From Sulfolobales archaeon (GTDB lineage Archaea > Thermoproteota > Thermoprotei_A > Sulfolobales > NBVN01), in assembly GCA_038841535.1 (NCBI GenBank), contig JAWBTQ010000003.1, positions 1-64,000 of the forward strand: DNA of 64,000 bases, written 5' to 3'. Both the position numbers and the translations under genes were made by a program. The notes under the pieces were generated by a model. That model did no database searches, was not told the DNA's origin, and saw nothing but the letters and a program-made list of their open reading frames with translations. Below are positions 56,168-64,000 of this stretch, in pieces. Position 1 is the stretch's first letter. Each line of letters starts with the position of its first letter.

Positions 56168-56773
56168 TTAGGCTACCGGGTAGAATTTCTCATACGACTT
56201 ATCGCGAGCTACGACGGCAACGTCAACTCCATCTCCTGAGACAGCGTCTCTACTTATTGCCGCTCTTACGGCGTTAAAGACCAGCTTTTCTGCTTCACTA
56301 ACCTCTAGGTCTTCCCTGTAGCCTCCCTCTATTATACCTATAGCTATTGGTGCACCAGTTCCTATAGCTGCATAGCTATCTTCTATTAAAGACCCTAAAG
56401 GATCCATGACGAATAAATGCGGACCTGTTTCATCTATTCCACCGAATATTATCTCCGAAAGGAATGGGTAGTACTTGTACTGATATAGCAATGTTGAAAG
56501 AAGCTTTGCTGCCCCTTTAACACTTATTGGATAGCCCAGCTGGATCTCGTACGACCTAATCTCAACTGCTAACCACCTACTGATGGTCTGTATATCAGCA
56601 AAAAGTCCTGCTAATGCCATCCCAAACCTGTCTGCTAGCAAGTAAACCTTCTTACCAACCTTACTGACTACGAAACCACCATACGAAACTCTCTTCTCAG
56701 CAGCAAGAACAACAGCATCTCGCAGTTTCAAACCTACCGCCGTCGCTCCAGTACCTAACCTATCGTAACCCAT
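56168..56773 (-). CDS. psmB: Proteasome beta subunit (GATAVG, probably the non-catalytic paralog)
   Basis: AVGL..VVLAAEKR, DPLGS, GTG, RDAVSGDG. Confidence 0.93.
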   Translation of the reverse strand: MGYDRLGTGATAVGLKLRDAVVLAAEKRVSYGGFVVSKVGKKVYLLADRFGMALAGLFADIQTISRWLAVEIRSYEIQLGYPISVKGAAKLLSTLLYQYKYYPFLSEIIFGGIDETGPHLFVMDPLGSLIEDSYAAIGTGAPIAIGIIEGGYREDLEVSEAEKLVFNAVRAAISRDAVSGDGVDVAVVARDKSYEKFYPVA

Positions 56774-56822
56774 GCACTTCCCCAACGAATAGAGGGTCGA
56801 GCATTATAAGTAGAACAAGCAG

Positions 56823-56912
56823 TGGGCCCGCGGGGATTTGAACCCCGGACCACCCGGTCTCCCATCACGCTTAATATGAGCCGGGCGCTCTGCCTGGCTG
56901 AGCTACGGGCCC
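56823..56912 (-). tRNA. tRNA-Ile2(CAT) with canonical 16-nt intron (56859-56874)
   Basis: GGGCCCG acceptor is Ile-type; CTCATA|intron|A; CCA not encoded. Confidence 0.85.
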
Positions 56913-56987
56913 CAAAATCATTTTTATCTCGGTTTTTAAGCGTTAGCTAAATAAAGCTTATTTCACCCTCCACACAGTACTACTTCG

Positions 56988-57064
<77 letters not shown>

Positions 57065-57725
57065 ACGTTTCCACAGCCCGCACGTTATAGCCCTGCAGAA
57101 CTGTTGCACTTAATATTCTGGGTACTACGGAACCTCTAGTCGCTTTCTACTTCCATAGCTACACTTGGGAGAGTCTCTACTTTGTGTATCTCAGTGAACT
57201 CCTTTCTCACGGCAGGGTAGCCCATGTTAAACCAGTTGAGGTATGGTTACGGGTCTACGCTGATTAGTTTAACTACTTATTCTGCTGTTTTCGTTGCGTC
57301 TTTTACTTGTGTGGGGTGCTTTAAATCTACACCTAATCAAACATACTCGATGAGGGGTATATCCAGTGTATCCTACTACTAATAGATTGTGCCAATAATT
57401 AGGTTATTTTCTCAGCAACAAGCCTTAAGCTAGTTTAGCCATTAAGTACACTTGCAGTTCTCCTCGATAACGAACCAATAACCACTGGAGATGGAAGAAT
57501 GTGCGTAGCTTTCCCAGGCAGGCTTGGTGGTGCTGCCCTTGTGACCTCAGCAACTCAGTGAGTAGATGTTTAGGGAAAGCTCGTCTCAGCAAAACAACAA
57601 TAATCTAGAATATCTAAAGTGACTAAACCGATGGATACAGACAAATACCGTAGCAACATAAATTCAACTTAGTAGCTGTTTTATGGTGTAAAACTTTATA
57701 AGAGTTTTATTACATAAAACTGGGG

Positions 57726-58763
57726 GTGAATATAGGAGATAGCTCCGCTAGAGATCTACTGCTAGTGTTACTACTTATTACAGTCATTTTACTATCGTGT
57801 CAACCTAATCATGCTTACAGTAGTTCGGTGGTTGTAGCTGTAGCGCATCCATCTCTAGAGGCTGTAGTTAGTGCCATTGGTGGAGAAAGAGTACGCACTT
57901 TGTTACTAGTTCCACTCGGTGTAGATCCTCATCACTACGAACCACCCGCTCTAGAGTTAGTAACGCTCCTTCGAGATGCGAGGGTGGTTCTAATGACGGG
58001 TCCTTCGCATTTACCTATAGAGGAGAGGATCGAGGAGATCTATAAATATGGGGCATTCGATTGGACCCTACTAACTTACCGTAACTACATAGAGAATGGG
58101 CTACAGATGTTAACTAACCCAGCTACGGGTCAGGTTAATCCTCATGGGTACTTTCTATCAATTAATGGACTTAAATCCATAGCATTATCGCTATATAAAG
58201 CTCTAGTAGAAGTGGACCCAGAAGGCAAGGACTATTATGAGTCCCGACTTAATGTCTATCTCAACTACCTTGAAAGACTTAATAGCACTCTAAAGTACTT
58301 AATCAAACATGTGAAGACGGTTAGAGTGGGGTTAGTTACTCCCGCTCTTCAGTACGCGTGTGCCGATGCCGGACTTGAAGTAACGTACCTACTATTGCGC
58401 GAGCACGATGTTCCCCTAGAAGCTAAAGACCTTCTCGATGCAGTTAATAAATATGGGAAGATATACGATGTTTTAGTTATGTCTGACTTGGACTTCACCT
58501 TGTACTCTGAGATGGTTAAAGAGTTAGTCAAGCGGGGAGTCCACTTAGTCGTGGTACCCTTATCTAATTTCTTAACTGTTGCTCCAGAGCTTACGCCTCT
58601 TACCATAGCTGTCGAAATAGGGTCTCCTTCGATAACAATAGAGCGTTGGAATGAGGCTATGGGCCCGTACATAGTAATAGCTATTACATTACCTCTAGTA
58701 ACTACAATCGTACTAATCATTTACGTGCTTAGAGTGAGGATCTATGGAGCTTCTAGAAAGTAG
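57726..58763 (+). CDS. Zn/Mn ABC transporter substrate-binding protein
   Basis: DPHHYEP, NPHG, signal peptide and C-terminal TM. Confidence 0.9.
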   Translation: MNIGDSSARDLLLVLLLITVILLSCQPNHAYSSSVVVAVAHPSLEAVVSAIGGERVRTLLLVPLGVDPHHYEPPALELVTLLRDARVVLMTGPSHLPIEERIEEIYKYGAFDWTLLTYRNYIENGLQMLTNPATGQVNPHGYFLSINGLKSIALSLYKALVEVDPEGKDYYESRLNVYLNYLERLNSTLKYLIKHVKTVRVGLVTPALQYACADAGLEVTYLLLREHDVPLEAKDLLDAVNKYGKIYDVLVMSDLDFTLYSEMVKELVKRGVHLVVVPLSNFLTVAPELTPLTIAVEIGSPSITIERWNEAMGPYIVIAITLPLVTTIVLIIYVLRVRIYGASRK

Positions 58764-59529
58764 CATTGAAGTTCTCGACGTTTATGCTAAATACGACAGT
58801 TTTTACGCTATAGAGGCCGTAACAATTCACCTTAACTCACCTTTCTACACTCTTCTACTGGGACCTAATGGTGCTGGGAAGACTACCTTAATCAAGGTGT
58901 TAGTAGGTCTTCTAAAGCCAGTGCGGGGTCGAGTAAGAATATATGGATTCGACCCCTTTAAGGACAGAGCAAATCTCTCAAAGCTGGTTGGGTACTTACC
59001 TCAACCGGGATCGACTAGACCAGCTCCCTTTATGAGAGTTAGAGACCTTGTCGCTGTGGGTTATCTCTCACATAGGCGACCGCCGAGATATGTCGATAAA
59101 GAAGTTGAGCATGCTATTGCCGCCTCCCTTAGAGTTATTGGGATAGAGAACCTAGCAGATAAGTATCTGACTGACCTAAGTGGTGGGGAGCTTCAGAGAG
59201 CCTCAATTGCAAGTGTTATCGTTAGAAAGCCTAAGCTGTTAGTGCTTGACGAACCTTTAGCGTCTTTAGATATGAAAGCCAAATGTGAACTAATTGAACT
59301 ACTGCTGGAACTCCATAGAAGTTTTGGGATGGATATTATCATGAGTACGCATGAGCTTACACCGTGTACGTACTTTGAGCCAACTGTAGTATTAATAAAC
59401 AGGACGGTACTGTCTTACGGACCTGCCCGAAAGGTGTTGACTTCAGAGAACCTTAAGATGGCTTACCCAAGTATGGTTGAAGTAGCTGGGTTAACTATCC
59501 TTACCGAGGATCACGCTGTAAGAGGGTGA
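58744..59529 (+). CDS. Zn/Mn ABC transporter ATPase
   Basis: GPNGAGKT, LSGGELQR, LDEP. Confidence 0.93.
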   Translation: MELLESSIEVLDVYAKYDSFYAIEAVTIHLNSPFYTLLLGPNGAGKTTLIKVLVGLLKPVRGRVRIYGFDPFKDRANLSKLVGYLPQPGSTRPAPFMRVRDLVAVGYLSHRRPPRYVDKEVEHAIAASLRVIGIENLADKYLTDLSGGELQRASIASVIVRKPKLLVLDEPLASLDMKAKCELIELLLELHRSFGMDIIMSTHELTPCTYFEPTVVLINRTVLSYGPARKVLTSENLKMAYPSMVEVAGLTILTEDHAVRG

Positions 59530-59536
59530 TTGTTCA

Positions 59537-60355
59537 ATGCCATTACTTGATGCCATCACTCTCGGGGGTTTAGTCGCAGTTGCGCTAGGAGGCCTGGCTT
59601 TCAGCTCTATCGGGTACGCACTCACGATTTCTCAGATGTTAGTGCTCGCACATGAGTTACTACACTCACTGCTTGCTGCCTCCCTTCTAGGGACACTTAT
59701 CGAGAGCGTTACTGGATTCATACCTATGCAACTAACTATATTCCTTTACTCAATGGCCATGTCAGCCTTGGTTGCTGAGTTAGTTAAGCTAAAGATACCT
59801 AGAGACATCGTAGTTGCGGTTGTCCCTTCAGTGTCTGCTATTATCGCTATAGGGTCACTTTGGGGACTCGTGCACGCATCTCCTTTGGGAGTTTCCAGGG
59901 CTCTAAGCATTCTCTGGGGTTCTATACTACTAATTACACCAACAGACCTAGTTTACTTAGCAATAGCAGCAGTTGTAGTAGTGTCCATAGTCTATCTCTT
60001 CGACCTAGAGCTTAAGTACATAAGCTACGACCCCGATCTAGCCTATGTCTCGGGTCTTAACGTTAGAGCTTACTACTATTTGATTTATGCTTCAACGTCA
60101 TTATCTTTATCTGCGACTATTAAAGTCTTTGGTACAGTGATAGCAACCACGCTAATAGTATTACCCAGCGTGTTTTCTCTGCGTGTGGCTAGACGTGTTA
60201 ACCTGAAGGTCTTTCTCGTCTTAGGGTTGTTGATATCTATCCCAGGCTATCTGATGTCGTTACTACTCAATCTTCAGACCTCTTTCTCTATAGGAATTAT
60301 AAGCTTAACCGTAACGCTTTTAGGGGGAATCCTGAGGTGGTCGCTTGACCGATAA
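59537..60355 (+). CDS. Zn/Mn ABC transporter permease
   Basis: Multi-TM, LWGSIL, SYDPDLA..G. Confidence 0.9.
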   Translation: MPLLDAITLGGLVAVALGGLAFSSIGYALTISQMLVLAHELLHSLLAASLLGTLIESVTGFIPMQLTIFLYSMAMSALVAELVKLKIPRDIVVAVVPSVSAIIAIGSLWGLVHASPLGVSRALSILWGSILLITPTDLVYLAIAAVVVVSIVYLFDLELKYISYDPDLAYVSGLNVRAYYYLIYASTSLSLSATIKVFGTVIATTLIVLPSVFSLRVARRVNLKVFLVLGLLISIPGYLMSLLLNLQTSFSIGIISLTVTLLGGILRWSLDR

Positions 60356-60782
60356 TCTAACACCAGAGTTAGTAGACTACTTACTCGCTGTAGTACACCT
60401 AACTGCAAAACGAGGAGGTCAGTGCTGTATTAAGCTTATCGAGGTCTCGAAAATTCTGGGTGTTGCGAAGCCGACAACTTCCCTAATGTTGAAAAAGTTG
60501 TTGCGTATGGGGTTAATAACGAAGAGCACTCAAGGAATAGCTATTAGTGAGCTCGGTCTTGAGGTATCTAAAACCATTACAAAGAAGCATGAAGTACTAG
60601 AAAACATGTTAATACAACACGGCCTAGACCACGATAGAGCCTGCGAGGTAGCTAGGGTACTTGAGTTAGTCGTTGATGACTCAGACGTAACAAAAATATC
60701 GAGAACCCTTAAAGATTCACAAAGTGAGTGCGATAAACTACAGTGCCGGCTTAACTCAGCAGTAAGATCTCGAAAAAGGTAA
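60345..60782 (+). CDS. DtxR/MntR-family metal-dependent repressor
   Basis: DYL, LGVAKPT HTH, KHEVLE. Confidence 0.85.
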   Translation: MTDNLTPELVDYLLAVVHLTAKRGGQCCIKLIEVSKILGVAKPTTSLMLKKLLRMGLITKSTQGIAISELGLEVSKTITKKHEVLENMLIQHGLDHDRACEVARVLELVVDDSDVTKISRTLKDSQSECDKLQCRLNSAVRSRKR

Positions 60783-61012
60783 GTAAATACTCTAGCTTAA
60801 TACCTCAATTATTACCGCTCATACTTCTTAGTGTTCATTGTTGTCGATTAATGATGTTTGCGTTCAGAGGGTACTGGAGTACTGCCTTCTACAAGTTCAA
60901 ACTCGACTACCTCGAAGGCACACTAGCTAGAGAAACGGAAACAGTCAATGAGTGGCGCGAAATAGCTACTAAATCTATAACGTTTTAAAGTGTTAGACTC
61001 TTAAGAAATTTG

Positions 61013-61086
61013 GGGGCCGTAGTTTAGCTTGGTAGAATGCGGGGCTTGGGCCCCCGTGGTCCGGGGTTCAAATCCCCGCGGCCCCA
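61013..61086 (+). tRNA. tRNA-Pro(TGG)
   Basis: GGGGCCG..CGGGG CTTGGGC CCCCG..CGGCCCCA. Confidence 0.96.
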
Positions 61087-61141
61087 CTGTTAATTGGGGT
61101 TACAGTAGAAGGGTTCGCTAACTTGAGTCACTATCGTGGAT

Positions 61142-61750
61142 ATGGGTGGAAGGAAGGTGTTATAAGAGCAAGTGAAATCTTCATAAGAAGACACCTCACG
61201 CTGAGTCATGAGTACGCGTACTCATGACTCAGCGGCATTAAGAGGCTATTAGAGGCCACTATAAGGCTGGTAGTACCGAAGTGCATTGAGTCATAAATTC
61301 ACAGTAGTGGGAGAGCTATAGCTAACGCTAGGGTAGTCGGTGCCAATTATAATAAGGTTTACTAGCCCATAGATGAGGATGCTAAACTCGATGGATTTAG
61401 CGGTATCGACGAGATTATCAACGCACTTACAAGAGTGTGTGGAAACATAGGCGGTGACAGTGGTGTGCCGATAATTAAACTAGTGATAGACTAAAAGTTG
61501 ATGACTTGGGAAACTGCGGCCCCCATTGAGATCTTGACCCACCAGACATAGCTAGAACCGGGTTAAGATGTCTGAAGAACGGGCTTAGTAATGAGGAGAA
61601 AAGAGTGCTGGAATTATCGAGCAGAGGTCTATCGATAAACAGAACTGCTGTTAAACATTCCGGTTTTCTAGATAGGAGACTGAGAATCAGGAGGATCGTT
61701 AGAAGAGTTCTATGAGAGCTTAGAGGTAGGGGCATAATCTGGGTCTTAGA
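61142..61750 (+). pseudogene. ASCH-domain protein pseudogene; limits approximate
   Basis: RRHLTLSHEYA..LSGIK..ATIRL..IHSSGRAIA..DEDAKLDGF..DIAR..IRRIVRRVL with in-frame stops. Confidence 0.7.
61199..61234. repeat. 36-bp perfect palindrome
   Basis: CGCTGAGTCATGAGTACG|CGTACTCATGACTCAGCG. Confidence 0.95.
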
Positions 61751-61896
61751 AAACCTTGAGGAGCGGATAGCGGTGAGCAACTCTCCATAGGCTCTCTACT
61801 ACTAGCACCTAGGCACAGAGTTTCTGAACTCAAATTCAGGTCGTAGTGGCTGTTTATGCTTATTTTCCTATTTTTCACTCTTCACTCGGTGTGACG

Positions 61897-62268
61897 GTGC
61901 AGAGGCTACCACCTGAAGTAGAGAAAACGCTAGCAAAGTACCAAGAAGTTGAGGCACAACTAGCTTCGGTTATGACCCAAAAGGGTACGGTGATATCCTA
62001 TATAAAGGAGATAGAGAGGGCTTTAGGGATACTCAAGGACTTACCTAGCGACGCAGTTGTTTATAGAAGTACGGGTCACGTACTCGTTAAGGTAAGTAAA
62101 GACGATGCTGTAAAGGATTTAGAGGGAAAGAAGGAAGAGCTAGAGATAAGACTAACTAGCCTCGAGAGAATGGAGAGTATCTTGAAGAAACAGCTTGAAG
62201 AGTTGAGGAGCGCTCTCAGTAAGTACATGAAGACGGCAACAGAGCCTCGTAAAGAGGAGGAAGAATGA
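61897..62268 (+). CDS. pfdB: Prefoldin beta subunit
   Basis: RLPPE..VYRSTGHVLVK coiled coil. Confidence 0.93.
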   Translation: MQRLPPEVEKTLAKYQEVEAQLASVMTQKGTVISYIKEIERALGILKDLPSDAVVYRSTGHVLVKVSKDDAVKDLEGKKEELEIRLTSLERMESILKKQLEELRSALSKYMKTATEPRKEEEE

Positions 62269-62378
62269 CCGATAGAGCGATAGCGGGAGCGTATAGATTA
62301 ATGTCTATCTCTAGATTCTGCTTGCCATCTACTAAAACCCCTAAGTTGTCTGTGTGCCCTAAATGAGTGTAGAAACTG

Positions 62379-63221
62379 GTGTGTTTTTCTGTGTGGAAGG
62401 GCTTTAGTAACACAAAATATTTTCACCTAGTAGTACTACTAAGTGCTCTCGGTGGTTTCTTTAAGATCGTTAGTGGGGTGTTCTTTGGATCAAAAGCCGC
62501 TTTAGTTGACGCACTAACGAGTATAGTAAACGTTGTTGCTGCGTTTTTAGTCGCTAGGTATGAAGACCTGAGTTTACGACCTCCTGACACGGACCACCAT
62601 TACGGGCATAAGAGAATGTCTGTGGGCGGTAGCATGTTTTCCATCAGTCTCTACTCTATGGTTGGAGGAGCTATGCTAGTAGACATTGTTCATAGCGGTA
62701 CCGGAAGGTACGAAGTCCACATACTCGCAACTTTGTTCGCGACTTTGGGAGCGTTACCGTACTTGACAGCTATACTCATTTCCAAGAAAATGGGGGGGTC
62801 TTATGGAACGTACGCTAAATTCACTGTAGTTGAGGTTATCGAGTGCGTAGTAGTCATAACTTCATCACTTGGAGGTGCTTTAGTTAACTACCTAGTAGAT
62901 CTTACTGGAGCCGCCATCCTCCTCCTTTATCTATACATCGAGATCGTTAGAGAAGTGCGGGGATTACTGCACGTAATAAGCGATAAGGCACCTGTCTTCC
63001 TAACTGAGAGGATTAGAAAGATATCGGAAGACCTCAATGTGGAGATCAGGAGTATAAGAATCAGGGAGGTGGTCCCAGGAAAGTACCATGGAGATATGGT
63101 TATAGCTTTACCGGCAGAGACAACGATAAAGAAAGCCCATGAAGTCGCTCATACAATAGAACAGTCCCTTAAGGCCCTTGGAATAGACGTAGACTTAATA
63201 GTCCACGTCGAACCCGCTTGA
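62379..63221 (+). CDS. Cation diffusion facilitator transporter
   Basis: SKAALVDA, PPDTDHHYGH, AHEVA, HVEP. Confidence 0.92.
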   Translation: MCFSVWKGFSNTKYFHLVVLLSALGGFFKIVSGVFFGSKAALVDALTSIVNVVAAFLVARYEDLSLRPPDTDHHYGHKRMSVGGSMFSISLYSMVGGAMLVDIVHSGTGRYEVHILATLFATLGALPYLTAILISKKMGGSYGTYAKFTVVEVIECVVVITSSLGGALVNYLVDLTGAAILLLYLYIEIVREVRGLLHVISDKAPVFLTERIRKISEDLNVEIRSIRIREVVPGKYHGDMVIALPAETTIKKAHEVAHTIEQSLKALGIDVDLIVHVEPA

Positions 63222-63345
63222 CGTAGCTGTATTCGGTTCTGCCGTTTCCAGTATTCTAGTCGCTCTGTGACTAAGTCCGCAGTTACGATGACAGCTAGGT
63301 TAGGTACCGTTACGCTTAAAACTTCTCGAAGTTTAGAGTTTTGGA

Positions 63346-63471
63346 GGGCCCGTAGCTCAGCCAGGCAGAGCGGCGGACCAAGGGCCGAGGCTCCAGTCCG
63401 GGTCTTAGGACCGTATGGGATGACTTGGAGAGACCCGTAGGTCGGGGGTTCAAGTCCCCCCGGGCCCACCA
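63346..63471 (+). tRNA. tRNA-Trp(CCA) with two introns (63377-63389 at 30/31; 63397-63432 at 37/38)
   Basis: Removing both gives GCGGG CTCCAGA CCCGT. Confidence 0.92.
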
Positions 63472-63544
63472 CACGAGTGAGACCGGGGCTCCTAAAACAA
63501 CATTACCAATGCTATAACCTGCGGAAAGAATTCGGAGCTGTTTC

Positions 63545-63715
63545 CCCGTTCTAGGTTTCTGTAGGTTTCTCCGGATCACCTTATAATGATTATAGGTATC
63601 TTATGCTTGTAAATAGTCGGTGGCTCCGGGTTTCCGAGACCCGCTACTAACCGTGGGGAAGAAACTCAGAGAAGCCGTAGTGAACCACTCAGGAAAACTA
63701 AAAACCTAGAACGGG
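63545..63715 (+). mobile_element. Type-2 mini-element with perfect 14-bp TIR
   Basis: CTGTTTC|CCCGTTCTAGGTTT...AAACCTAGAACGGG; no target duplication. Confidence 0.75.
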
Positions 63716-64000
63716 AAAAGGTTTGAGTCTAGTCGATATTTGTGGTTACCTCTAGATACCTGCTGGCATCTTCATCCTTCATAGTAGAGACGTTTGGTGA
63801 GAACCTGTGTCTCCCCACATGCGCATACAGAGCTCTAAACTACGTGTCTACTGCTCTAACAGTACTTCTACTAACTATGTAGCTATAGCTTGGAGATTTA
63901 GCTAACTTGTTAGCTTACTGTAGATTGCTATAGCGTCTTCGGCACTTGAGGAGACGTATTTGTCTATCAATATTTTAAATGAATCTAATGAATTCATGAA

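Noticed and set aside
57065-57700. Non-coding gap after tRNA-Ala(TGC)
   Set aside because: No ORF, repeat or structure I could support; probably decayed DNA.
63149-63579. Minus-strand ORFs across tRNA-Trp (also 13021-13209 and 20842-21027)
   Set aside because: Antisense readings of tRNA genes with no downstream integrase domain.

Overview
A 64-kb chromosomal segment of a hyperthermophilic Thermoproteota (Crenarchaeota) archaeon, probably Desulfurococcales/Sulfolobales-like. The placement rests on the CdvABC division operon, eS30/eS26, an Rpo13-like subunit, and a GC-rich 16S-23S operon with no spacer tRNA or linked 5S. Most of the window is housekeeping: eno, rpl44e-rps27e-aIF2alpha-nop10-rps30e, gatCAB, nrdJ, cdvABC, pncB, pyrFEKD, psmB-nfi-ribK, a Zn/Mn ABC transporter, 8 intact tRNAs and several C/D-box sRNA candidates. 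No CRISPR array is visible. Three signals stand out. (1) Several conserved genes lack an ATG/GTG/TTG where homologs begin and have ACG, GTT, CTG or ATT there instead: nop10, rps30e, ribK, pyrF and a JAMM protease. In three of them the codon sits at normal spacing behind a strong SD. (2) About 8 tnpB-derived mini-elements of two terminal-inverted-repeat types sit just after (T)GTTTC, without target duplication. The best-preserved copies carry the omega-RNA-like 3' end, and one supplies a new promoter and in-frame ATG to the gene it interrupts. (3) An identical 13-nt non-canonical intron is shared by tRNA-Lys and tRNA-Trp, and the second Trp intron is a miniature K-turn/guide-like RNA. All calls are by eye; no database searches were run.
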